Positions 17,627 through 27,677 of a stretch of DNA of 64,000 bases are shown piece after piece. Under the pieces are notes generated by a model. That model saw nothing but the letters and a program-made list of their open reading frames with translations, was not told where the DNA came from and searched no databases. How positions within the stretch are numbered: the first letter of the stretch is position 1; every line of letters starts with the position of its first letter. Location: assembly GCA_002841395.1 (NCBI GenBank), contig PGZM01000001.1, positions 298,089 through 362,088 on the forward strand, written 5' to 3'. The translations under genes and the position numbers were made by a program. Origin of the DNA: Firmicutes bacterium HGW-Firmicutes-9. GTDB taxonomy: Bacteria > Bacillota > Clostridia > Christensenellales > CAG-138.

Positions 17627-17960
17627 AGATTATTGTGAACTCACGGATTACAGAGCAGAACAAATAGAGATATTAAGAGAAGTCTGCTTGAAGCGAGTAT
17701 ATAACGAAGTTTGGACAGGGTCTGAACGTGCTTTCTGACAAGTTTATTCAGTGTCAGGTATGCTTGTGCGCTGTTTGGACGGAGCTCGTTGCAGTCTCTT
17801 CGCGAACGCTCTTTACACCTCCGATGAAAACAGAAGTAATAAACCGCGGTGTAATTCCCCATCATTTTATTTCTGTAGAATTTTCCGAAGAAAAGGCTTT
17901 GCACTTTCCAACTAGTAGGGTTGACCCGGTTCCGTGCAAAATCCAACTCTCAGGCAACGC

Positions 17961-17988
17961 AAAAACCGCCCGATTTGGGCGGTTTTTT
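17961..17988. terminator. Bidirectional hairpin terminator adjoining the displaced tRNA 3' fragment
   Basis: aaaaaccgccc-gattt-gggcggtttttt, with an A-run and a T-run on either side. Confidence 0.6.
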
Positions 17989-17990
17989 AC

Positions 17991-18010
17991 TGGTTGCGGG
18001 GTATGGACTT
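17991..18010 (-). repeat. Displaced copy of the tRNA-fMet 3' end (att-like scar)
   Basis: tggttgcggggTatggactt versus tggttgcggggGatggactt at 18204-18223 (19/20 identical, same orientation). Confidence 0.7.
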
Positions 18011-18203
18011 CTTTGCTCATATTAGACACGTTTGCTCGCACTTCGTGTTTCGCAAACAGGCTTTCTTCGCAAAGCTCGCCGCCAAAAAAGCCGATACAAC
18101 GGCGTTTTTGATGCCGCGAAACGACGGTGATCGCGGCTTCAAATCCATCTGAATGACGAGTGAAATAAACAAAGACCATCCAATTGGATGGTCTTTGTTT
18201 ATT

Positions 18204-18279
<76 letters not shown>

Positions 18280-18305
18280 TCAAGCGCCGTTCGGCGTGCA
18301 AAAAG

Positions 18306-18334
18306 TAATATATCACATACGATGCATTAAGTCA
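18306..18334 (-). promoter_or_regulatory. Putative sigma-70/SigA promoter of the tRNA gene
   Basis: On the minus strand, TTGACT-17 nt-TATATT lies about 27 nt upstream of the tRNA 5' end. Confidence 0.5.
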
Positions 18335-18630
18335 ACCCCGGATTCACCCGACGGGAGTAAACAGATGGATTTTGAACTAAATATGTTTTGCGATTTAAGT
18401 ATTGCGAAATGGTGCGTCGTCTGCAATAATATAAGAAGCATTTCTCTGTATTCCTGCGCACGGGGCATACTCCACTTCTTATTTCCCGTGACGCTTAAAA
18501 AGGAGGGATACCCATCCGCATGGCTTGCGGTGCAGCAGTGTGGAGACCTGCTGTAATGCGACCGTTCCTTGTGCGAACGGTTGCGAGTTGGGCGATGAGC
18601 GAACGCTGCGCCCGATGAAGCCAAGAAACT

Positions 18631-19749
<1,119 letters not shown>

Positions 19750-19767
19750 CTCAAACAGTGCCTCATA

Positions 19768-19797
19768 CGCTCCCGTTTACGCGGGAGCGTTTTTTTG
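19768..19797 (+). terminator. Intrinsic terminator after msmX
   Basis: cgctcccg-tttacg-cgggagcg followed by ttttttt. Confidence 0.8.
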
Positions 19798-19914
19798 CTC
19801 GAAAAGTCACAATATTTGAGCGCGCGCACGTCTACACAAAAGCGTAATCTTTTGCTAGAATAATGAAAGGATGTACTGCCAACGCACGGTGCGTTCCGGA
19901 AAGGAAGCGGAAAT

Positions 19915-20502
19915 ATGCAGATAGACGCGAGGGGCAAGGCCTGCCCGATGCCTGTGATCATGGCGAAAAAGGAGATTGACGGCGGCTGTCAGGAGCTGAC
20001 TGTATTGGTCGATAATAAAACCGCGGTGGAGAACCTCACGCGGCTTGGCAACTCCGCCGGCATGCATGTCACCACTGGGGAGAATTCCGAAGGGCTGTTC
20101 GTCCGCCTGACAGGCGAAGGAAAGTTCACCGAGGAACCAGTAATCGAATGCGCGACAACGAGCAGCGGTTACGCGGTTTTCATCGGCAAGGATATCGTCG
20201 GCGCGGGCGATCGCGAACTGAGCTATAACCTGATGAAGATGGCGCTCTATACACTGGCGCAGGGCGACAGCGTGCCTGCACACGTGCTGTTTATGAACGA
20301 TGGCGTGAAGCTGCCGGCGGGCGAGGAGCAGCAGGTGATCGACAGCCTGATGACGCTGATCGAGAAGGGTAGCAAGGTGCTGGTCTGCGGCACGTGCCTG
20401 AATTTCTACGGCATCGCGGACCGTCTCAAGGTCGGCATTGTCAGTAATATGTATGATATCCTCGGCGCGATGCAGCGCGCAGATAAGGTGATCTCGCTGT
20501 AA
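19915..20502 (+). CDS. yedF: YedF-type sulfurtransferase-like selenium metabolism protein (TusA/SirA domain + DsrE-like domain)
   Basis: N-terminal MQIDARGKACPMPVIMAKKEI (TusA CPxP motif) and a C-terminal DsrE-like segment VLVCGTCLNFYG. Confidence 0.75.
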   Translation: MQIDARGKACPMPVIMAKKEIDGGCQELTVLVDNKTAVENLTRLGNSAGMHVTTGENSEGLFVRLTGEGKFTEEPVIECATTSSGYAVFIGKDIVGAGDRELSYNLMKMALYTLAQGDSVPAHVLFMNDGVKLPAGEEQQVIDSLMTLIEKGSKVLVCGTCLNFYGIADRLKVGIVSNMYDILGAMQRADKVISL

Positions 20503-20766
20503 ATGGAACACTATTGGTTGTTCGCGTTTGATTCCCCGCATGCGGCGATCTCAGCGCAGCGGCTGCTCTCCGGCTGCGGCGTGGTTGTGATGCCGACGCT
20601 CAGGAGCATCACCGCGAGCTGCGGCATGTCCCTGCGCCTGCGGGATGAGACCATCGAAAAAGCTAAAGGAATTTTGCGCGCGTCGAGCATCGACCCCGCG
20701 CTTTATCGATTATATCGGGTAGAGCAGGAGGGAAAAGAGACTGTGTGTACGCCGATCGAATTCTGA
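20503..20766 (+). CDS. DUF3343-like small protein (usual YedF partner)
   Basis: Starts immediately after the yedF stop. 87 aa, with LFAFDSPHAAISAQRLL and ASCGMSLRL segments. Confidence 0.65.
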   Translation: MEHYWLFAFDSPHAAISAQRLLSGCGVVVMPTLRSITASCGMSLRLRDETIEKAKGILRASSIDPALYRLYRVEQEGKETVCTPIEF

Positions 20767-20777
20767 ATATACCTGAA

Positions 20778-20805
20778 GAAACCCGCCAAATCGGCGGGTT
20801 TTTTG
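20778..20805 (+). repeat. 28-bp direct repeat, left copy (also the yedF-operon terminator hairpin)
   Basis: gaaacccgccaaatcggcgggttttttg is identical to 22829-22856. It contains the hairpin acccgcc/ggcgggt plus T6. Confidence 0.9.
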
Positions 20806-20876
20806 CTAAGGCTCTCAGTTCTACTTTGATCTGAAGAGGTGCACTCAATTCTATACGAAAAATAGAAGTTAGGGAT

Positions 20877-22703
20877 TCAATGTATAATGGGATGAAAACC
20901 TGATGAATAAGGCAGGTCTTTATTTAAATACCGGTAAATCGACTTTTTAATAAGGTAACTAACGTTACGATATAATGGGTAAGACGTAGAAAACGCGTTC
21001 CATAGATATGTTTCAGTAACCATCTCGCAATTTGGGTAAAGTGCTTTTACGGAGTCAAAACCATTCCATGTCAGAATGACACCGTTTACATCAGAAAGTT
21101 GTGAAATTTTCAACTCATCTGAGGGCAAATCAATGCGAATGCACTTAGCTTCGAATGTCGGCTCAACATGAATGAGATACTCTTTACTAATTTCTAATAC
21201 AGGAGAAAACTTGCCGAATAGATTTTGACTGGTCTGTTTATACGCCTTTGGTAATTCGGAAAATAATCTTTGTAAGTTAAGCTGGAAGTCGGCAAGTACA
21301 AACCCAGTCTCATAACGGTTTATTCCGCAAGCACGTGCTACTTCTAGCTCTTTGAAAGATTCTTTGAAATTTTGAGGTGCCCAGATTCTGCTAACAGAAT
21401 TTACTTTTCGTTGTTCTAATTCTTCTATGGCCCCCTTAACTAGGTGGTATGCGAATTTCCCTTGAAGTATTAGTGAGATATTGCTCGGTCGTCTCTTGGC
21501 AGGACGAGTTCTGATAGACTCGAATAAACCTCTTCGATACACAGTGTCGAAACCGCTTTCCAGAGATTTAATAGGATCCATAATTATCGCGTCCACTTCT
21601 GGGTTATTATCTGTCGATGTTAGGTAAGGTGATGACTCAACTGCATATTCTATCAAAGAGCTCCACAGTTTGCTAACTTCTTCAACAGGTACAACATCTT
21701 TAAAATATACGTTCTCCTGATCTGCTCTGTTGTACGATTCACAACTACTTGCTACAGCATCGAGAAAATAGAAAGATAATTCTTCTAAAACTATTGTTGG
21801 CAAATATGCTGGATCAATGAAGGCCTTATCAAAATAATCATCGATAATCCTTAGCATGATGCCCTCAATAATTTCTCTTGTTGTTTTGTATTTTAGTTTA
21901 TAGTATGAAATTGTTTTGCATTCACTTGAATTCTCTTTAGAAAACTTCTTGATCAAAACTCCATTTTCGCCTCTTTGTACTTCGTAAATTCCTATGGTCG
22001 CAGATATATCAGAGTTTTTGATATATGCTATTCCAAATTTCCAGACATTAGGATAGAAATGATGTTTAATAAAAGCAAGTTCATTACTAAAGACATTGTT
22101 AAAGTTGTCGATAATATCCTGTAATTCCTCTACAGTTTTACTATCAAGTTCTTCTGATATGGTCAATGAGCTTTCTTTTTCACTGTAAATCTTTCGCCTA
22201 TGCCCTTCATAAATCTTATGAAGTTTAGCAAAGAACGATTCGTCAACAAGTCTATCTGACTCATTGAAGTAAATAGTCTTGTGATCTTCATCAGCAAGGT
22301 TAAGTCCCAATGCGAATTCTGGTGAGACGTGAATATAGAACACTATTTTTTTAGTTATATCGACTAGAAAGAGTATTGCGGGGTCACAGGATATTCCCTT
22401 AATAACAGAATTGAACACTTTGGTTTCACAAGAGTATTTATAGTCGCTTTTCTTTCCGCTTTGATTACGATTGCGATAGTCAGTGGACATGGTTTTTATT
22501 TGAACGTTAAATTTGCCAATAGGGATCATTTTTGTGTGCGAGTTCTCGCACAACTCAAAACAACCATCAAAATTGGGAGTTTTATCTCCCTCTGCAAAAT
22601 GAACCTTAATCTTTTTGCTTCTCTCTAGTATATCCCCAAGTATCCTGTTACCATCGCTTTCAGAGAACGCGTTTGTATCATAACCACCGATGTTCATATT
22701 CAC
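20877..22703 (-). CDS. Hypothetical 608-aa protein: N-terminal DUF4365/PD-(D/E)xK nuclease-like domain + about 450-aa uncharacterised region
   Basis: N-terminal pattern FDGCFEL...GKFNVQIKT...PAILFLVDITKKIVFYIHVS matches the remembered DUF4365 layout (D...QxK...hydrophobic strand). No P-loop, helicase or other motif was recognised in the rest. GTG at 22703; ATG at 22697 has a better RBS (TAGGTG). Confidence 0.8.
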   Translation of the reverse strand: MNMNIGGYDTNAFSESDGNRILGDILERSKKIKVHFAEGDKTPNFDGCFELCENSHTKMIPIGKFNVQIKTMSTDYRNRNQSGKKSDYKYSCETKVFNSVIKGISCDPAILFLVDITKKIVFYIHVSPEFALGLNLADEDHKTIYFNESDRLVDESFFAKLHKIYEGHRRKIYSEKESSLTISEELDSKTVEELQDIIDNFNNVFSNELAFIKHHFYPNVWKFGIAYIKNSDISATIGIYEVQRGENGVLIKKFSKENSSECKTISYYKLKYKTTREIIEGIMLRIIDDYFDKAFIDPAYLPTIVLEELSFYFLDAVASSCESYNRADQENVYFKDVVPVEEVSKLWSSLIEYAVESSPYLTSTDNNPEVDAIIMDPIKSLESGFDTVYRRGLFESIRTRPAKRRPSNISLILQGKFAYHLVKGAIEELEQRKVNSVSRIWAPQNFKESFKELEVARACGINRYETGFVLADFQLNLQRLFSELPKAYKQTSQNLFGKFSPVLEISKEYLIHVEPTFEAKCIRIDLPSDELKISQLSDVNGVILTWNGFDSVKALYPNCEMVTETYLWNAFSTSYPLYRNVSYLIKKSIYRYLNKDLPYSSGFHPIIH

Positions 22704-22727
22704 ACCTACTAAGTTGGTTTTCTATAA

Positions 22728-22755
22728 ATATTACACAGTTAAAATGAATTTACAA
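22728..22755 (-). promoter_or_regulatory. Putative promoter of the islet gene
   Basis: Minus strand TTGTAA-16 nt-TAATAT, about 25 nt upstream of the start. Confidence 0.4.
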
Positions 22756-22828
22756 GTTGATTATTAAATATCTAGATTTATATGTGCTTATAAAATGAAC
22801 GTAAAAGAAGAATTTTGAAAAAACAGAG

Positions 22829-22856
22829 GAAACCCGCCAAATCGGCGGGTTTTTTG
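22829..22856 (+). repeat. 28-bp direct repeat, right copy
   Basis: Identical to 20778-20805. Confidence 0.9.
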
Positions 22857-22929
22857 ATACATGGGGGTATACTCTTTTGTATATGGTAGTTACCTCGCGA
22901 AATACATGTAAATATTTTTGAGAGATACC

Positions 22930-22964
22930 TTGACAGGTGAGGTATATGTTGTTAAGATATACCT
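22930..22964 (+). promoter_or_regulatory. Putative padR promoter with overlapping inverted repeat (candidate PadR operator)
   Basis: TTGACA (22930-35)-17 nt-TAAGAT (22953-58). The inverted repeat aggtatat/atatacct (22940-47 / 22957-64) spans the -10. Confidence 0.5.
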
Positions 22965-22986
22965 GCAAACGGAAAGGAGGTGCGCC

Positions 22987-23334
22987 ATGTCCGTTGCATC
23001 GGAATTAATCCGTGGGAATACGGAAACGATCATCCTGGCGCAGTTGATGAAAGGCGATGGCTATGGTTACATGGTCAACAAAGCGATTTTAAACCTGACG
23101 GGGGGAAGGTTTGAGCTAAAGGAAGCAACGCTGTACACAGCGTTCCGGCGGCTCGAGGACGCGGGCTGTATCGTCTCGTACTGGGGGGACGAGACGACAG
23201 GCGCGCGACGCAGATACTACTCCATCACCGATCTGGGCAAAGAATCGTATCGGCTGCGTAAGAAGGAATGGGAGACTGCAGAAGCAGTGATTGACAAACT
23301 ATTGGCTGAAGGAGAAATAGGGGGATCCAAATGA
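22987..23334 (+). CDS. PadR-family transcriptional regulator
   Basis: ATG at 22987 follows AAAGGAGG. Winged-helix region GNTETIILAQLMKGDGYGYMV...LYTAFRRLEDAGCIVSYW. Confidence 0.9.
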   Translation: MSVASELIRGNTETIILAQLMKGDGYGYMVNKAILNLTGGRFELKEATLYTAFRRLEDAGCIVSYWGDETTGARRRYYSITDLGKESYRLRKKEWETAEAVIDKLLAEGEIGGSK

Positions 23335-23960
23335 ACGAGAAACTAAGACATTACATCGATGACCTTTTTGCAAACGCGCCGTCTACAGTGCGCGCGGTTG
23401 AACTCAAAGAGGAGTTATTTCAAAACCTCACCGATAAGTACAACGACCTCCTCGCGGAAGGAAAGAGCGAAGAGTCAGCGTTCAACATCGCAATTGCGAG
23501 CATCGGTGATGTGGACAGCCTGATTTCCGGCCTTACCGGAGAGAAGCGTCCCGAAAACGAAAAGAGCAAGAAGCGCTCCGCCATTCTCGTGGCAATTGCG
23601 ATTTCGCTCTACATTCTCTGCCCTGTGCCGGTCATTCTGTTGCAGAGTGAGATTGGCGTGATGGGACTGTTCCTCTTCGTCGCGATTGCAACCGCGCTGC
23701 TCATCTACAACGGCGTCACCCGCGAACGCTATGTCAAAGCGGATGACACCATGGTAGAAGAGTTTAAGGAGTGGAAACAGAACAACAAGCAGAAGAACAA
23801 AGCAGTAGATGCCATCATCGGCTCGTTCTGGCTCATCGCCGTGTGCGTTTACATCGTCGTGAGCTTTATGACGGGAGCCTGGCACATTACATGGATCATC
23901 TTCCTGATCGCGGCGGCGGTTGCCTCCATGATCAAAGGATTATTCATGCTCAAACAATAA
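23331..23960 (+). CDS. PadR-associated membrane protein (DUF1700/permease-prefix-like N-terminus + TM helices)
   Basis: ATGA overlap with padR. N-terminal LRHYIDDLFANAPSTVRAVELKEELFQNLTDKYNDLLAEGKSEESAF, then 4 TM segments. Confidence 0.7.
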   Translation: MNEKLRHYIDDLFANAPSTVRAVELKEELFQNLTDKYNDLLAEGKSEESAFNIAIASIGDVDSLISGLTGEKRPENEKSKKRSAILVAIAISLYILCPVPVILLQSEIGVMGLFLFVAIATALLIYNGVTRERYVKADDTMVEEFKEWKQNNKQKNKAVDAIIGSFWLIAVCVYIVVSFMTGAWHITWIIFLIAAAVASMIKGLFMLKQ

Positions 23961-23979
23961 CGGGGGAATCAAAAACACT

Positions 23980-24963
23980 ATGAAAGCAGCAGGCATTATT
24001 CGAATTATTGTCGGCCTCGTGATCGCGGTGCTGCTCACCGCAATCCTGGTCGCTCTCTTAACCGGTCACAACATCTTCTCGCGTTTCGGCGCGGAAGGCA
24101 ACTGGGTCAATCGATTCGTGAACGGTGTGACTTACTACTCCGGCGGCGTGGATGAGGATAGCGATCAGATCATCGTTTCCGAGCAGGCAAGCGTTCCCGC
24201 AGCCAACATCAACAAGATCAAGATCGACTGGGTCGCGGGCAGCGTCAATCTGCGCGTCGGCACATCGGACGAGATCGTCTTCTCGGAGTCTTCCTATCGC
24301 AACCTGACGGACCGTCAGAAGATGCGCTACACGGTCTCTGACAGCGGCACGCTCCAGATTCACTTCTGCGAGAACCTTGAGAACATCTTCGATTGGTTCA
24401 ATGTGGATGCGAACATGCCCGCAAAGACGCTGACACTGGAAGTTCCCGCATCGCTCATCGGCAAGCTGAGCGAGGTGGAAGTCGAAACCGTGTCCGCCAA
24501 AATCGACCTTTCGGGCGTGTATGGCGACAAAATCGATCTTTCGACCGTCTCCGGCGAGGTTCGCTGCGCGGATGTCGCGACAGAAGAGATCAAGATCGGT
24601 TCGACGAGCGGTTCCATCGTTTGCGAAAACGCAACGGCGACGACGCTTGATCTGAACAACGTCAGCGGCAGTATGTTTGCATCAGGCGAGTTCGTCCGCG
24701 TCGATGCGGAGTCCGTCTCCGGCACGATCAAGCTGGCATTCGCCAACGTTCCGGAACGTGTGAAAGCGGATGGCGTGAGCGGCAACTTTACCATCTCTCT
24801 GCCGGAAGGCGCAAGCTTCACCGCGAAGCTCGATACCGTCAGCGGCAACCTCAGCTGCGCGTTCCCGGGCACGCTCGGCAGCGACCTTGTGGTCGTCGGC
24901 GATGGTGATGCAACCTACCGCTTCAATACGGTCAGCGGCAGCGTAAGAATCGAAAAGAACTAA
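23980..24963 (+). CDS. DUF4097-like beta-repeat (putative adhesin-fold) membrane-anchored protein
   Basis: N-terminal TM, then repeated motifs: VSGEVRC, TSGSIVC, VSGSMFA, VSGTIKL, VSGNFTI, VSGNLSC, VSGSVRI. Confidence 0.7.
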   Translation: MKAAGIIRIIVGLVIAVLLTAILVALLTGHNIFSRFGAEGNWVNRFVNGVTYYSGGVDEDSDQIIVSEQASVPAANINKIKIDWVAGSVNLRVGTSDEIVFSESSYRNLTDRQKMRYTVSDSGTLQIHFCENLENIFDWFNVDANMPAKTLTLEVPASLIGKLSEVEVETVSAKIDLSGVYGDKIDLSTVSGEVRCADVATEEIKIGSTSGSIVCENATATTLDLNNVSGSMFASGEFVRVDAESVSGTIKLAFANVPERVKADGVSGNFTISLPEGASFTAKLDTVSGNLSCAFPGTLGSDLVVVGDGDATYRFNTVSGSVRIEKN

Positions 24964-24987
24964 ACAAAATAGAAGCACAACGTTTGC

Positions 24988-25018
24988 AGCCGGCGGTTCA
25001 ACCGCCGGCTTTATTATT
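24988..25018 (+). terminator. Intrinsic terminator after the PadR triad
   Basis: agccggcgg-ttcaa-ccgccggct followed by ttattatt. Confidence 0.7.
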
Positions 25019-25100
25019 ATGATTGTTTCTTGGCGTTGTCAGGAGGACGCTCAAAATGATATAATCAAGCAACATTTAGGCCGCGTTTGTTGAAAAACAG

Positions 25101-26276
25101 ATGCGTTTTGGAGGGCATATGACGATCTTTTGGAATGTTCTGGTTGTTTTAATCATGGCACTCGGACCAAGAGCGATGGTTCTTCTCTCCAAGCGATTTC
25201 GCATTCTCGGCATGCTCGGCCCCGTTTTCCTCTGTTATGCTTGCGGTATTCTTTTTAGCCTGATCATTCCGGAAAAGAAGATTGCGATGGATATCTCGGA
25301 GATTCTGGTGCCGATTGCCATCCCGCTGATCCTGTTTTCCGCCGACCTTTCGAGTGTTCGCAAGCTGGCAAAGCCCATGCTGAACTCCTTTATTCTGGTA
25401 GCGGTTTCCGTGTCTTTGGTCGCGTGCGCGACCTATTTGATCTTTCGAACGCTGATTCCGGAAGCGTATAAATACGCGGGCATGATCATCGGCCTGTACA
25501 CTGGCGGTACGCCGAACCTGATGGCAATCGGCGCCGCGCTTTCGGTCAGCGAATCGCACATCGTGCTGGCGAATGCATCCGATGTGATCGTCGGCGGAAC
25601 ATACTTCCTGCTGTTGATCTCCGTCATGCCGCGGCTCACGCGCCGGTTCCTCAAACCGTTTGTCAAAACCGAGACGGAATCGGACGAAGGATTCATCCAG
25701 AACCTGGAGAAGACTTACATCCCGGACAAAGAGCCGTTTTCGCTCAAACTGATCCTGCGGCATGTACCGATTGTGCTGCTGGGCATACTTTCGCTTGCTA
25801 TCGCGGCGGGGCTCGCGCTGTTGATCACCGGAAAGCTGGACGTCGTGATCATCATGCTTGTGGTCACAACCTGTGGCATCGGATTTTCGTTTATCAAGAA
25901 AGTTCGCGCAGCGCCCGGTTCTTATACCGTGGGGCAATATCTGATCCTGATGTTTTCGCTCGGCATCGGTATGTCGTTTAACTTCAGCGCGCTGAACAAA
26001 GAGGCGCTCTTGCTGCTAGCGATGTTTGCAACGGCGCAGTTCGGCGCGGTGCTTGTGCATTTGCTCCTGTCCAAAGCCTGTAAGATTGACGCAGACACAT
26101 CGTTGATCACGTCTACCGCGGGCGTATACGGTCCCGCGTTTATCGTTCCGGTCGCGGAAGCGCTGGATAATCGCGAGGTCGTGCTGCCCGGGTTGATCTG
26201 TGGAATTTTGGGATATGCCGCAGGAAACTATCTTGGAATCGGGATTGCCATTGCGCTGAAGTTTTTCGGCGGTTAA
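25101..26276 (+). CDS. Polytopic membrane protein (possible DUF819-type transporter)
   Basis: About 10-12 TM helices; IGLYTGGTPNLMAIGAAL. Alternative start ATG at 25119. The family call is tentative. Confidence 0.6.
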   Translation: MRFGGHMTIFWNVLVVLIMALGPRAMVLLSKRFRILGMLGPVFLCYACGILFSLIIPEKKIAMDISEILVPIAIPLILFSADLSSVRKLAKPMLNSFILVAVSVSLVACATYLIFRTLIPEAYKYAGMIIGLYTGGTPNLMAIGAALSVSESHIVLANASDVIVGGTYFLLLISVMPRLTRRFLKPFVKTETESDEGFIQNLEKTYIPDKEPFSLKLILRHVPIVLLGILSLAIAAGLALLITGKLDVVIIMLVVTTCGIGFSFIKKVRAAPGSYTVGQYLILMFSLGIGMSFNFSALNKEALLLLAMFATAQFGAVLVHLLLSKACKIDADTSLITSTAGVYGPAFIVPVAEALDNREVVLPGLICGILGYAAGNYLGIGIAIALKFFGG

Positions 26277-26337
26277 AATAGAGATGAGGATGAGACAAGT
26301 CTGAATCCCAGATCTGAAAATCGGAGGCGCAAACGAT

Positions 26338-27603
26338 ATGCTACCCATTCAAACAAAGCTCACAAGCGGTGAACTTGACGACGCGCTGCGGTATCTTTAC
26401 GGCGACGCGCTGGAGGCGCAAAAACAGAAATATCTGGCGCTTGTGAACGCGTTTGAGGGTGCGTTTGGCGAGAGCGACGAGGCGATGCTTTTCTCCGCAC
26501 CGGGTCGCAGCGAGATCGGCGGCAATCACACCGACCATCAGCTCGGACGCGTGCTCGCGGCGACGGTCACGGTGGACACCCGCGCGGTTGTTGCGCCCAG
26601 AGACGATAATGTGGTGCGGATTCATTCGCAGGGATATACGCCGCTTTGCGTCACGCTCGATCAACTTGCGCCGAACGCCGCGGAAGAGAACGCGAGCGAA
26701 GCGCTCGTGCGCGGCATCGCGGAGCGCTTCACGCAGACCGGCCGCAAGGTCGGCGGGTTTGATGCGGTTACCGCGTCGGATGTCCCGAAGGGTTCCGGGC
26801 TTTCTTCCAGCGCGGCATTCAGCATACTCGTGAGCACCATCTTCTCCGAGCTCTACAACAACGGCGAGATTTCGCCCGTCGAGCAGGCGCTGGCGAGCAA
26901 ATATGCCGAAAACAAGCATTTCGGCAAACCCAGCGGGTTGATGGATCAGGTTGCGTGTGCCGTCGGCGGCTTTGTGACAATCGATTTTGAGCAGCCGGAT
27001 GATCCGAAGATCGAGAGGATCGACTGCGATCTCGCCGCGCTGGGCTACGGCATCTGCATCGTTAACTGCGGCGGCAACCACGCGGATCTTACGCCGGAAT
27101 ACGCGGCGGTGACCAAAGAGATGGGCGAAGTGGCGCAGGTCTTTGGAAAAACCGTGCTGCGAGAGGTTGACGAGGCTACATTTTACGATTCACTGGGTCA
27201 GCTGCGCAAGACCGTCTCCGACCGCGCGATTCTGCGTGCAATGCACTTCTTTGGCGACAATGCGCGTGTGCCGCTGCAGGCCGAAGCGCTCAAGAGCCAC
27301 AACATTGAGACATTCCGCAGACTGATGAACGAGAGCGGACGATCGAGCTTTATGCTACTGCAAAACGTTTGCCCGACGGACGTGAACGAACGCGGGCTTG
27401 CGCTTGCGCTCGGGCTTTCGGAGCGCATGCTGAAGGGGCTTGGCGCATGGCGCGTGCACGGCGGCGGATTTGCGGGAACCATTCTCGCGCTGGTGCCGCT
27501 GGATATGATGGCGGACTATCAGGCGCAGATGGAGCGCGTGTTTGGCCCCGGCTGTTGCTATCGCTTTGCCGTTCGTCCTGTCGGCGGCGTCAAAATCGGA
27601 TAA
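26338..27603 (+). CDS. galK: Galactokinase (GHMP kinase)
   Basis: GRSEIGGNHTDHQLG galactokinase signature and GSGLSSSAAF GHMP ATP-binding motif. RBS GGAGG. Confidence 0.85.
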   Translation: MLPIQTKLTSGELDDALRYLYGDALEAQKQKYLALVNAFEGAFGESDEAMLFSAPGRSEIGGNHTDHQLGRVLAATVTVDTRAVVAPRDDNVVRIHSQGYTPLCVTLDQLAPNAAEENASEALVRGIAERFTQTGRKVGGFDAVTASDVPKGSGLSSSAAFSILVSTIFSELYNNGEISPVEQALASKYAENKHFGKPSGLMDQVACAVGGFVTIDFEQPDDPKIERIDCDLAALGYGICIVNCGGNHADLTPEYAAVTKEMGEVAQVFGKTVLREVDEATFYDSLGQLRKTVSDRAILRAMHFFGDNARVPLQAEALKSHNIETFRRLMNESGRSSFMLLQNVCPTDVNERGLALALGLSERMLKGLGAWRVHGGGFAGTILALVPLDMMADYQAQMERVFGPGCCYRFAVRPVGGVKIG

Positions 27604-27620
27604 TCATTATAGAAAAAACA

Positions 27621-27655
27621 AGCCGCTTCCGAACGAACTCGGGAGCGGCTTTTTG
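27621..27655. terminator. Bidirectional terminator between galK and the convergent AEC gene
   Basis: agccgcttcc...gggagcggct stem (10 bp including a G-U pair) followed by tttt, with an A-run upstream. Confidence 0.65.
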
Positions 27656-27677
27656 TCTGGCTGATCGTTTTTATTGA

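Larger units (their letters stand above)
20806..22828. other. AT-rich 2,023-bp insertion (genomic islet) bounded by the 28-bp direct repeats
   Basis: Hand-counted 60-nt lines inside give 27-33% G+C versus about 68% in a flanking line (20521-20580). It contains a single gene with its own promoter and no recombinase. Confidence 0.75.

Noticed and set aside
20806-22828. Insertion sequence, transposon or prophage remnant
   Set aside because: No transposase or integrase, no terminal inverted repeats (ends ctaaggctctcag... and ...gaaaaaacagag do not pair), and only one gene. I kept it as an islet of unknown mobilisation mechanism.
20778-22856. CRISPR array, given 28-29-bp perfect repeats here and at 42908/43022
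   Set aside because: Each repeat has only two copies. The spacings are 2 kb and 85 bp, which are not CRISPR-like. No cas genes are present, and the repeats are terminator or hairpin elements.
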